The translations under genes and the position numbers were made by a program. Below, piece by piece: positions 38,647 through 47,867 of a stretch of DNA of 64,000 nucleotides. Location: contig JBGAKK010000020.1 of the NCBI GenBank assembly GCA_044224425.1, positions 1 to 64,000 of the forward strand, read 5' to 3'. Source of the stretch: Phycisphaerales bacterium (GTDB lineage: Bacteria; Planctomycetota; Phycisphaerae; Phycisphaerales; SM1A02). Below the pieces are notes generated by a model. It was not told the DNA's origin. It saw only the letters and a list, made by a program, of their open reading frames with translations, and searched no databases. Each line of letters opens with the position of its first letter. Position 1 is the first letter of the stretch.

Positions 38647-41600
38647 ATGACCCCTGAGCAATTCGGCCACGTGAGGATCCTCTTCCGGGAAGCGCAATTG
38701 CTTGGCGGCGCTGCGCGGGAGGCCCTTCTCCAAGGCGAGGCAGACACGGCCGTCTTGGACGAGGTGCGGAAGCTCCTCGATGCGGACGCCAGCGAGAGCG
38801 ACTTCCTCGCCGAGCCTGCCCTCGGCCACGGCTTTTCGGTGGGCGCGGCCGCCCAAGGATCCCCGGTCGGTCTGGCGGGAGAGCGACTCGGGGCCTACCG
38901 CGTCCGGCGACTGATCGCCGAGGGCGGCATGGGCGCCGTCTACGAAGCCGAGCAGGACCGGCCGGCACGAGTGGTGGCCCTCAAGGTCCTCCGCCCGACC
39001 AGCAGCCGCTCGGAGGCAGCACGGCGATTTCGGCTGGAGGCCGAACTCCTCGGTCGCCTCGAACACCCCAACATCGCCCCTATCATCGAGGCGGGTTCCG
39101 GCGTCATCCGCGATTCGAGCTACGCATTCCTGGCCCTGGCCATGGTATCGGGGGCATGCTCGATCCTCGACTACGGCGAGCGGGCGCGGCTCCGTGTCCA
39201 CCAGCGCGTCCAACTCGCGATCAAGGTGTGCGCTGGCCTACAGCACGCCCACCTCCGCGGCGTCATCCACCGCGACCTCAAGCCATCGAACATCCTCGTC
39301 GGCGACGACGGCGAGCCGAAGCTCATCGACTTCGGGGTGGCCACGGCCCAGGACATCGATTTGGGCACGCTCGCCCCGAACACCCAGACGGGCGAACTCG
39401 TGGGCACCGTCCTCTACATGAGCCCCGAGCAGTGCGAAGGACGCTCGCATTTGAGCGACGTGCGCAGCGACGTGTACTCCTTCGGTGTCGTACTGTATGA
39501 GCTTCTCACCGGCGCACTCCCCTACCCCATCAAGGCGGCCGCCCTCCCGGAGGCGCTTCGCGCCATCACCGAGCATGCGGTGGTGCCCCCCAGCGCCGTC
39601 TCCCCCGACGTGCGCGGCGATCTCGAGACCATCGTTCTCAAGTCACTAGCCCGAGATCCTGGCGATCGTTACCAGTCTGCGGGCGAGCTCGCCGACGATC
39701 TGGCCCGCTGGCTTCGACATGAGCCGGTGCGGGCACGTCCCCCGACCATCATCGGCCGCTTCGTGAGCAGCGTGCGCCGCCGTCCTTGGCAGTTCGCCGT
39801 CGCTGCCTTGGCGGTCGCGTTCCTTCTCGCCGCAGCGATCGGCTCCGCCCTGTATCGGTCATGGAGCGAAGCGGAGGGCGCTCGTGGCGAAGCCGATAGG
39901 GCCCGCACGATCGCGGAGGGAGCACGATCCGAGGCGGAGCGACTCGCTCGCCGCCAAAGCCTGATGGCGGCGCAAGAGGCGATACGCGGTGGCGATGCAC
40001 GGGCCGGGCGAGCCGCAATGACTGGGCTGGCACCGGGCCATCCTGGCAGTGAGGTGCCATGGGAGGAACTCGACTGGCGTAACGCGGCTTGGGAGGTGCG
40101 ACACTACGCAGGCTGCATGGACGACGCGATCTCCATCGCGGCTCGCCTCGAGACTCCAGCTCAGGCTGCGTGCTGGCTCGGAGCTGGGGGCCTACTCGCG
40201 GTCGGTGGAGCGGATGAACTGCGAATCATCAAGGTGAGCGAAGACGGAGCTTGCCACACGCTCACGACATACGGGTTCGCCGATCTCACCGGCGATCGGC
40301 GCATCGGGCTCGGCCCGGATCCATCGCGGCCGCGGGTGGTCGCAGCCCCATCGAATACCGCAGCGCCGCACTTCGTTCACTTGGCAGCCGATTCCGCAGG
40401 TCGCCGCCTGCTCGTCAACCACCAGTCGTGCTACGCAATCTTCGACGTGGACACGAATGGCGCGGTCACGACCCTTGCCGCCTGGTCGCACTCCGTGGTT
40501 TCGGGTGGCGCATGCGCTCTCTCCCCGGATGGCTCGCTCGCAGTGACGGTTCACGACGGCGAAGTCCGCTGCTTGCGAGTCAGCGCCAAACCCGCTCCGC
40601 GCGTGGACTTCTTGGGCCAATGCCGAATCGGGCAAGACGACCTCGAGATCGCCGACATCGCGTTCTCGCCGGACAGCACCAAGCTCGCGATTGGCGCAGC
40701 GGACTGGAGCACAAAGATCGTCGGCGTCGCGCAACTCCTCGATGCCTGCTGCGGTCAGAGCGATGCAGTCCTTCCTAGCGTCAGCCTTGAGGGCCACCGG
40801 GGCAAGGTCCGAGGCGTAGCGTGGAGTCATGCTGGCACGGAGCTGGCCACCGCATCGCTTGACGGCACGGCTCGCGTGTGGCGCATCCCTGCCTCGATTG
40901 AACCTGGGCAGGCCGCAATCCGAGCGACTGCTGTACTCGACGCCCTTGGCGACCCTCTTACGCGCGTGACATGGCTCGCCGACGGCCGCATCGCCGTGCC
41001 GACAAGGTCGTTCGGGCTTCGCATCTGGGGTGGCATCGAACCCGAGTCGATGCGTGCACCCGGTGCAGCGCCGAGGCAGTCCACGCCACAACCTCACCAA
41101 GTTGCCCTGCTCCTCGGTCAGGAAGACAGCATCCAGGCGTTGAGCTGCCACCCCCAGCTCCCACTCGTCGCTACGGCCAGTCTGGACGGGACTATCCGCA
41201 TTTGGTCCGGTCACGACCTGGGTGCCGCTTTGATCGTGCGGGGGCATACGAGCAGCGTGGTAGACGCAGCCTTCCTTCCTGGCAGCCGTTACTTCGTTAC
41301 GGGGGGTGGCGAAGGACTACTGGGAATCTGGGACGCGAAGCAAGGCGGCGAGTGCCTTGGATTGGTACGGGTCTCCGACGTCCGCGTCCGCGGCGTGGTC
41401 GCCCATCCGGTGCTTCCGATGGTCGTCGCTTGTGGCGACTCCGCTGACCTGAGGCAGGAAATGCCCGACGCGCCACGGGCGACGATCTGGGACCTCGCGG
41501 ATCCCGGTCGACCGCTGCTCCGAGCGATCGTCCGCAGTGGTGGTTCGATCATCACAGCCTTGGCTATGAGTCCGGACGGCCATATGCTCGCTGCCGGCGA

Positions 41601-42813
41601 CGCAGCCGGTCGCATCGAGTGTTGGCAGCTCGACTCAACGGGGCTACCGATCGGCGCACCTTCCCGAGCCTCGCTCAGCGGATTCGTGCTGGCCCTCGCG
41701 TTCTCGCCGACGTCACAGGTTCTCGCTGCGTCGCTCGATACGAGCGATGCAGGTGGTCCATCGCTCGCCGTGCTTCGGTCGCAATCCTCGCTCGGTGAAG
41801 TGCGAGTAATCCCGCTCGACGCTGCTGCCATGGCTGTTGCATTCCGCCCCGACATGCCCGATCGACTGCTGGCCGGATGCAAGGACGGCTCGGTACGCGA
41901 ACTCGATGCCCACAGCATGCAATGGCTGCCTCGCCAATCGAGACTCGGCAACTCACCCGTCAACGCCCTCGCCATCCATCCAAGCGGCCGCCGAGTGGCA
42001 GTTGGCGTCAACCTCGGCTCCGCATCGATCCTCGACGCCGACAGCTTGCGCGAGGTCGCTGCCTTCCCCAAGACCGTCGTCCCGCTCTGCCAATTGGCAT
42101 TCTCGCCCGACGGCCGTCTGCTGGCCGGCGCCTACAGCGGGCTTCTCGGCCACGACAACATCGTCCGGCTCTGGTCAGCCGAGGACGGCCCGACGCGCCG
42201 GCAGAACGCTTGGCGACAAGCCCGCTTCGCAGCCACGGTCGATGACCTCCTCGATCGCATGTGGGCCGATCCACCGCCCGAGGCGGAACTCGACGCGGCG
42301 ATCAAGGCGGCGCCGCCTGTTGGGTCGTTCGACGCCCTCCGCTTTGCCGTGGTCGAGCAGCTCGTGGAGCGGCGTCTCGCCCCGGCCGTCGAAGAGGTGC
42401 TCGACGGACCGGCTCCGACCGAAGGCGACCTGGAGATCGCCCGACAGCAGGTGTCCCGCGCCGCAGAATACCGCCCCGACGATCCTCACGTCCTCGATCT
42501 GGTCGCTCGACTGGACTTGAAGGCGGGGCGCTGGGCAAGCGCGTACGACGCCCTTGTCCATCTGGAGGCGATCCGCCGCGAGCGTCATGGAATGGCTCCG
42601 AGGGCGATCGATCTGGCCAGGATGGCCGTGGCTGCCGCCCACCTCAAGCGCTCCGCCGAAGTCGATCGCCTGCTCACCGAGAGCGACCGCGTCATGTCCG
42701 TGGTCCCGGAGGTCGTTCTCGAGGTGCGAGCGCTGCAGGAGAATGCCCGGAGCACCCTCGCTGCCGGGACGGGCGTGGAGCCGGCGACAGGTGTGGCAGG
42801 CGAGAATCGCTGA
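38647..42813 (+). CDS. Ser/Thr protein kinase with C-terminal WD40 beta-propeller(s) and TPR-like tail
   Basis: Start MTPEQFGHV. Hanks kinase motifs (VALKVL; HRDLKPSNILV; DFG; SPEQ). One TM helix (RPWQFAVAALAVAFLLAAAIG). More than 12 WD40-like blades (..GTARVWRI.., ..LGIWDAK.., ..IRIWSGHD..). Confidence 0.9.
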   Translation: MTPEQFGHVRILFREAQLLGGAAREALLQGEADTAVLDEVRKLLDADASESDFLAEPALGHGFSVGAAAQGSPVGLAGERLGAYRVRRLIAEGGMGAVYEAEQDRPARVVALKVLRPTSSRSEAARRFRLEAELLGRLEHPNIAPIIEAGSGVIRDSSYAFLALAMVSGACSILDYGERARLRVHQRVQLAIKVCAGLQHAHLRGVIHRDLKPSNILVGDDGEPKLIDFGVATAQDIDLGTLAPNTQTGELVGTVLYMSPEQCEGRSHLSDVRSDVYSFGVVLYELLTGALPYPIKAAALPEALRAITEHAVVPPSAVSPDVRGDLETIVLKSLARDPGDRYQSAGELADDLARWLRHEPVRARPPTIIGRFVSSVRRRPWQFAVAALAVAFLLAAAIGSALYRSWSEAEGARGEADRARTIAEGARSEAERLARRQSLMAAQEAIRGGDARAGRAAMTGLAPGHPGSEVPWEELDWRNAAWEVRHYAGCMDDAISIAARLETPAQAACWLGAGGLLAVGGADELRIIKVSEDGACHTLTTYGFADLTGDRRIGLGPDPSRPRVVAAPSNTAAPHFVHLAADSAGRRLLVNHQSCYAIFDVDTNGAVTTLAAWSHSVVSGGACALSPDGSLAVTVHDGEVRCLRVSAKPAPRVDFLGQCRIGQDDLEIADIAFSPDSTKLAIGAADWSTKIVGVAQLLDACCGQSDAVLPSVSLEGHRGKVRGVAWSHAGTELATASLDGTARVWRIPASIEPGQAAIRATAVLDALGDPLTRVTWLADGRIAVPTRSFGLRIWGGIEPESMRAPGAAPRQSTPQPHQVALLLGQEDSIQALSCHPQLPLVATASLDGTIRIWSGHDLGAALIVRGHTSSVVDAAFLPGSRYFVTGGGEGLLGIWDAKQGGECLGLVRVSDVRVRGVVAHPVLPMVVACGDSADLRQEMPDAPRATIWDLADPGRPLLRAIVRSGGSIITALAMSPDGHMLAAGDAAGRIECWQLDSTGLPIGAPSRASLSGFVLALAFSPTSQVLAASLDTSDAGGPSLAVLRSQSSLGEVRVIPLDAAAMAVAFRPDMPDRLLAGCKDGSVRELDAHSMQWLPRQSRLGNSPVNALAIHPSGRRVAVGVNLGSASILDADSLREVAAFPKTVVPLCQLAFSPDGRLLAGAYSGLLGHDNIVRLWSAEDGPTRRQNAWRQARFAATVDDLLDRMWADPPPEAELDAAIKAAPPVGSFDALRFAVVEQLVERRLAPAVEEVLDGPAPTEGDLEIARQQVSRAAEYRPDDPHVLDLVARLDLKAGRWASAYDALVHLEAIRRERHGMAPRAIDLARMAVAAAHLKRSAEVDRLLTESDRVMSVVPEVVLEVRALQENARSTLAAGTGVEPATGVAGENR

Positions 42814-42848
42814 ACACCGCCGCGCCCGCGCAGAGATCCCCTCCCCCC

Positions 42849-44483
42849 CTACCTCTCCTCCGCCCTCCCCAAGGTGACGTGCGGCTGGTGACGCTCGGGC
42901 GCCGGCGGCGCCATGAGTGGCGGCAGTTCCTTCCCGCGCCAGACGAGCGGCAGCTCGACGCTGAAGGTCGCTCCTTCGCCGGGGGTGCTGGCGAGGGCCA
43001 CGGTCGCGCCCAAGAGGTCAGCGAGCTCGCGGCAGATGGCGAGGCCGAGGCCGGTGCCCGAGTGCTGCCGGGTGTGGCTCGCGTCCACCTGGCGGAACTT
43101 CTCGAAGATCGTGTCCTGCATGTCGTAGGGGATGCCCGGGCCCTCGTCGGTCACGCCGAGCCGCAGGCCAGGCGAGCCGTCGCTTCGCATCGAGCGTCCG
43201 GCGAACACGGTCACGGTGGAACCCTCGGGCGAGAACTTGAGGGCGTTCGACACGAAGTTGTAGAGGATCTGCTGCAGCTTCCCGGCGTCGGTCTCGACCG
43301 TCGGCAGGTCGTGCTCGACCCGCGAGGCGAGGGCGATCCGCTTCCCCTCCGACTGCGGGCGGAGTACGGTCAGGAGACCCTCGACCAGGTCGCTCATGCT
43401 GGTCGGGGCGATCGAGAGCTCGACCCGGCCGGCCTCGATCTTGGCCATCTGCAGGAGCTCGTTGATCATCTCGAGAAGCGACCGGCTGCTCCGCAGGATG
43501 TTGGCGATGTAGCGGATGCGCTTGGGGTCGGCGGCCGCGTCTCCCTTGGCGATCTCGTCAAGCAGCTCGGCGAAGCCGATGATCGAGTTGAGCGGCGTGC
43601 GCAGCTCGTGGCTCACGTTCGCCAGGAACTCGCTCTTCAGGCGGTTCGACTCGTAGAGGCCGATGTTGGCCTGGGCCAGCTCGCTCACCTTGAGGTCGAG
43701 GGCCTCGTTCATGGCCCGCAGCCGCTCCTGGCCCTTCTCGATCTCGTCGAGCATCCCGTTGAAGCTCTCCGAGAGCCGCTCGAAGTCGTCGCCGGTCCGG
43801 ATCGTGGAGCGGATGGCCAGGTCGCCGCGCTCGACCTTCTCGGCCACCTCGGTGAGGCGGCGCACCGGCCGCAGCACCAGCTTCGAGAGGATCAGGCTGA
43901 AGACGGCGATGGCGATCACCGTGGCCACCCCGCCGGTCACCACCAGGATCAGGTGGTTCTTCTGGATCTGGGCCTCGGCGAAGGGGCTGGTGCGGTCGAT
44001 GACGAGGACCGCCCGCAGCGTGGTCGGATCGCCGGTCCGCGGCCGCGGGTGGCCGAAGTCGATGACCGCCTTGTCCTCGAGGGCCTGCCATTCGCGCTGC
44101 CGTAAGGCCCGGAAGTAGCGGTAGAGCGGGTTGCCGTCCGAGCCGCGCTCGACCCGGAAGTACTCGCTCTTGAGGGCATCGGCCTCGAACGCCGCCACCA
44201 CCTCGACCAGCCGCTTGTCGCGCTCGCTCTCCGGGACGAAATCGTCGAGCTTGACGATCCGCATGGGGACCGGCAGCCCTTCCGAGCGGCCCAGCGAGAA
44301 GCCGCTCTCGAGCCACGTCTCGGCGAGCTGCTGGGAGACCTCGAGCTGGCTCTCGTCGACCAGGGTCTTGGTCCGCCACCACTGGATGCTGAGGGCCCCG
44401 GCCACGAGCAGGACGACGGCGGCGCCGAAGACGAGGCGGCTGCGTGCCGCCAGCGACAGGCCTTTCCTTCGAGCGCTCGCCAT
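42849..44483 (-). CDS. sensor histidine kinase (HAMP-HisKA-HATPase_c), orphan
   Basis: Start MASARRKGLS (ATG 44483). Two TM helices. H-box SHELRTPLNSIIGFAELL; N, G1 and G2 boxes (..DEGPGIP.., GTGLGLAI). No response regulator is adjacent. Confidence 0.85.
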   Translation of the reverse strand: MASARRKGLSLAARSRLVFGAAVVLLVAGALSIQWWRTKTLVDESQLEVSQQLAETWLESGFSLGRSEGLPVPMRIVKLDDFVPESERDKRLVEVVAAFEADALKSEYFRVERGSDGNPLYRYFRALRQREWQALEDKAVIDFGHPRPRTGDPTTLRAVLVIDRTSPFAEAQIQKNHLILVVTGGVATVIAIAVFSLILSKLVLRPVRRLTEVAEKVERGDLAIRSTIRTGDDFERLSESFNGMLDEIEKGQERLRAMNEALDLKVSELAQANIGLYESNRLKSEFLANVSHELRTPLNSIIGFAELLDEIAKGDAAADPKRIRYIANILRSSRSLLEMINELLQMAKIEAGRVELSIAPTSMSDLVEGLLTVLRPQSEGKRIALASRVEHDLPTVETDAGKLQQILYNFVSNALKFSPEGSTVTVFAGRSMRSDGSPGLRLGVTDEGPGIPYDMQDTIFEKFRQVDASHTRQHSGTGLGLAICRELADLLGATVALASTPGEGATFSVELPLVWRGKELPPLMAPPAPERHQPHVTLGRAEER

Positions 44484-44534
44484 GAGGGCGGATTGTACGG
44501 AGCGAGGTGGCCGACGGCCGGGCACAATGCCGCC

Positions 44535-44888
44535 ATGCGCCGCGAGGGCACCAACCCCGACCACGTCGAGATGTCCGACGTCCTCTGCGACTTCTGCCGC
44601 CGCGAGTGGACGCTCGACCGCCCCCTCATCGAAGGGCACCACGGAAGCTGCATCTGCGGCGACTGCCTGGCCGCTGCGTTCCGCCGCGTGGCCATCGAAG
44701 GCGGCGACGATGCCACGCCCGGCTACCGCTGCACCATGTGCCTCGAGGCCCGCAGCGACCCCTGCTACCGAAGCCCTGCCTATCCCGAGGCCTTCGTCTG
44801 CCGACGCTGCATCAAGCTCGCCGCCACCGCCCTCGAGCGCGACCCGGACCACGCTTGGCGACGGCCGACCGGGCCAGCAACCGCCTAG
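44535..44888 (+). CDS. small protein with two ClpX-type C4 zinc-ribbon motifs
   Basis: LCDFCRREWTLDRPLIEGHHGSCICGDCL resembles the ClpX N-terminal zinc-binding domain. Second CxxC..CxxC at YRCTMCLE..FVCRRCI. Start is uncertain (44493, 44535 or 44571). Confidence 0.45.
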   Translation: MRREGTNPDHVEMSDVLCDFCRREWTLDRPLIEGHHGSCICGDCLAAAFRRVAIEGGDDATPGYRCTMCLEARSDPCYRSPAYPEAFVCRRCIKLAATALERDPDHAWRRPTGPATA

Positions 44889-44956
44889 CGTGACAACGGG
44901 CGGCCCGACCGTCGAGCCGCCCGTCGCGCGGTGCTCGGTTCTCGAGCGTCACCTGG

Positions 44957-46180
44957 TCAGCAGGCCCAACACTGGAGGGCCGGTCCCCACGCCCCGAGCA
45001 GGATGGCGAGGTCTGCCGCATCGACCATGCCGCTGCCGTCGAGGTCGGCCGGGCAAGCGATGCCCGGGCACGGACCCCACGCCCCGAGCAGGATGGCCAG
45101 GTCCGCCGCGTCGACCATGCCGCTGCCGTCGAGGTCGGCCGGGCACGGGATCGGGGTCGGCGTGACCACCCAGACCGAGGCGTTGCCGTCGAGGACGTAC
45201 AGCGTGGCCCGGTTGTTGATCGCAAACGGGCCTTGGGTCACGAAGAGGAGGTACGCGGCGCCGGGGAAGCCGGCGGCGAAGGGCGTCACCATGCCGTTGG
45301 GGGCGACGATGTCGATCGTCCCCATCGGCAGGTTGGCCACATAGAGGTCCTTGCCGAAGCAGCCGTCGCCGAGGCCGAAGCTCAGGCCCTCGATGCCCGG
45401 CGGCAGGACGGCGAGCGGCGGAGCGAGCATGCCGTTAGGCAGGATGCTGGCCACGATGCCCGACACGTAGGAGGAGACCCACAGGTTGCCGGGGCCGTAG
45501 CCGGTCAGGCCGCCGCGGAAGTCGAAGGTCATGTAGCGAGGATCGAAGTTCGGCAGCGGCGCCCACATCACCGGGATGCCGCCCGGGAGGATCTGCAGGA
45601 TGCCGTCACTGGCATCGTTGCCCCAGTCGCTCACGTACATCAGGCCGCCGTAGACGAAGCCGGGGGTGCGGTCGATCTGCAAGGCAGCCGAGCCCGGCTG
45701 CGTGATGTTGGGCGGCGTGAAGGGCAGCCACGGCCCGCCCGGGAGGACGTCAAACACCTGCCCGCCGAGGTTCACCTCCGCCACGTACAGGTTGGCCGGT
45801 CCGCCGTAGAGTCCGAGCGTGGCCCCGAGCGAGTTGGCGATGGGGCCGTCGATGTCGATCCCCGCGGCGCCCGACGGGAAGAGCGGCACGGAGTAGGGCA
45901 TCCACTGGCCGTTCGGCATCACCGCGGCGACATCCGATCCGTTCAGCTCGCTCACGAACATCACCATGGGCTGGGCCGGCTGGAAGGGATGAACCAGCAC
46001 GCCGAACTTGGGGCTGGCGAGCGGGGCCATGCCGGCGGCCTGTCCGGAGAACGGGGCCACCGCGAAGCCGGGCTTCAGGATGACGGGAGGAGCCGGCTGG
46101 GCGGTGGCTGCGCCGGCGATGGCGAGGGCCCCGACGGCGCCGACGAGGGCGATGGCGAGGCTGGTGGTTCTGTTCTTCAT
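44957..46180 (-). CDS. secreted protein with two C-terminal dockerin-like repeats
   Basis: GGAGG RBS. Signal peptide MKNRTTSLAIALVGAVGALAIAGAATAQ. C-terminus CPADLDGSGMVDAADLAILLGAWGPC x2. Confidence 0.65.
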   Translation of the reverse strand: MKNRTTSLAIALVGAVGALAIAGAATAQPAPPVILKPGFAVAPFSGQAAGMAPLASPKFGVLVHPFQPAQPMVMFVSELNGSDVAAVMPNGQWMPYSVPLFPSGAAGIDIDGPIANSLGATLGLYGGPANLYVAEVNLGGQVFDVLPGGPWLPFTPPNITQPGSAALQIDRTPGFVYGGLMYVSDWGNDASDGILQILPGGIPVMWAPLPNFDPRYMTFDFRGGLTGYGPGNLWVSSYVSGIVASILPNGMLAPPLAVLPPGIEGLSFGLGDGCFGKDLYVANLPMGTIDIVAPNGMVTPFAAGFPGAAYLLFVTQGPFAINNRATLYVLDGNASVWVVTPTPIPCPADLDGSGMVDAADLAILLGAWGPCPGIACPADLDGSGMVDAADLAILLGAWGPALQCWAC

Positions 46181-46432
46181 GGTGGCCTCCAAGCGGAGGC
46201 GTGTCGGGCGGCACGCAACTCGCGCGACTCCGCACCAGAAGCCTTCCCTCGCCTGCGGTTGGCCACCACGAGGAAGATTCCCCGAACTGTTGGCGGTGAA
46301 TTTTCGGAAGCTGGCGTCGTTGCCTGGCGCGAGGTCGCCCGCCAAGGATGGACAAGCAGGAGGCGTGGCGTATCAGTAGACGTGCGCCGCGCACTTGACC
46401 TGCGACCCCGTCCTCCTTCCGATCGGAGCCCC

Positions 46433-47191
46433 ATGCGCGCCAACGCCCTTCTCGCCGCTGCGACGGCAGCCGTCCTCCTCGCCCCGCTCGCCCCCGGCGA
46501 GGTCGTCTTCCAGCAGCCGCCGAACCCGAGCGGGACCTTCTACCTCTCGGCCCGCTGGGGCGAGGACGGCAGCGACTACGACGAATGGGTGTGGGACAAC
46601 TTCACGCTCACCCAGACCCGCTCCGTCACCGAGATCCACTGGCGCGGGGGCTACAACGGACCGGTGGCTCCGCTCCAAGGGTTCCAGGTCGCCATCTACA
46701 AGTCGATCCCCGCCGGTAGCCAGCCCGACCTCAGCGGTCCGCCGCTCGTCGACTATTTCTTCGACGGGAACTGCGGGCAGACCGCGGCGGGTTCCGCCGG
46801 CGGCGTGGCGGTCTACGACTACGGCGTCACGCTGCCCCAGCCCTTCGTCGCCACCGGCGGCGTGAAGTACTGGGTGCTGATCTTGGCTTGGCAGAACGGA
46901 TTCCCCTTCTGGTCGCTCCAGAAGGCAACCACGACCGGCAGCCACTTCCGCTTCTCGGAAGGCCTGGCCATGTACCACATCATCAGCGGCGACACTGCCT
47001 TCTACCTCGTCTCGCCGCCGCTCCCCTGCCCTGCCGACCTCAACGCGAGCGGGGCGGTCGATGCTGCCGACCTCTCCATCCTGCTCGGGGCGTGGGGGGC
47101 GACCGGTGGAGCGTCGGACCTGAACGGCGACGGCGCGGTCAACGCCGCGGACCTCTCCATCCTCCTCGGGGCGTGGGGCACCTGCGGCTAA
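46433..47191 (+). CDS. secreted protein with two C-terminal dockerin-like repeats
   Basis: Signal peptide MRANALLAAATAAVLLAPLAPG. C-terminus CPADLNASGAVDAADLSILLGAWG / DLNGDGAVNAADLSILLGAWGTCG. Confidence 0.65.
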   Translation: MRANALLAAATAAVLLAPLAPGEVVFQQPPNPSGTFYLSARWGEDGSDYDEWVWDNFTLTQTRSVTEIHWRGGYNGPVAPLQGFQVAIYKSIPAGSQPDLSGPPLVDYFFDGNCGQTAAGSAGGVAVYDYGVTLPQPFVATGGVKYWVLILAWQNGFPFWSLQKATTTGSHFRFSEGLAMYHIISGDTAFYLVSPPLPCPADLNASGAVDAADLSILLGAWGATGGASDLNGDGAVNAADLSILLGAWGTCG

Positions 47192-47200
47192 CCGCCGGGC

Positions 47201-47863
47201 TCACCGCTTGCGGAGCGTCATGGCGTGGAAGGGCCGCCCTTCGAGGCGGTACTTCCGCTCGAAGTTGGTGCCCACCACCTCGCCTTCCGCGGCGCTCGCC
47301 GGGCGCTCGAAGGGCAGTCGCTCAAACAGCTCGCCGTGGCGTGCGGCGTGTTCCTCGTACCACGCCCAGAGCTCGTCGTGGTCGGTGACCAGGCGCAGCT
47401 CGCCGCCCGGCTCGAGGACGCGGTGGAACTCGCGGAGCGAAGCGTCCTGCACCACGCGGCGCTTGTGGTGCCGCGACTTGGGCCAGGGGTCGCTGAAGTA
47501 GAGATGGACGACGCGCACGCAGCCGTCGGCCATCCACCAGCGCATGAACTCGGTGGCGTCGCCGTAGAGGAGCTTCACGTTCCGCACCTGGTTGCGGCGC
47601 AGGCGGTCGGCGGCGTAGCGGTAGAACTCGCCCGCCCACTCGCAGCCGAGGTAGTTCACCTCCGGCTCGAGCTGCGACTGCTGGAGGAGGAAGGTCCCCT
47701 TCCCCGAGCCGATCTCGAACTCGAAGGGACGCTCGGGATGGGGGAACCAGGTGCGCGGATCGAGCCGTGTCGCCCCGCTCTGGTCAAACGGCGGCAGGTC
47801 CTCCCAGAGGATCCCGATCTCGCCCGGATCGAGCGTTCTCCCTCGCGACAGCCCGGACGACAT
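47201..47863 (-). CDS. trmB: tRNA (guanine46-N7)-methyltransferase
   Basis: Characteristic ..EFEIGSGKGTFL.. and ..HLYFSDPWPKSRHHKRR.. blocks. Confidence 0.85.
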   Translation of the reverse strand: MSSGLSRGRTLDPGEIGILWEDLPPFDQSGATRLDPRTWFPHPERPFEFEIGSGKGTFLLQQSQLEPEVNYLGCEWAGEFYRYAADRLRRNQVRNVKLLYGDATEFMRWWMADGCVRVVHLYFSDPWPKSRHHKRRVVQDASLREFHRVLEPGGELRLVTDHDELWAWYEEHAARHGELFERLPFERPASAAEGEVVGTNFERKYRLEGRPFHAMTLRKR

Positions 47864-47867
47864 GGGT

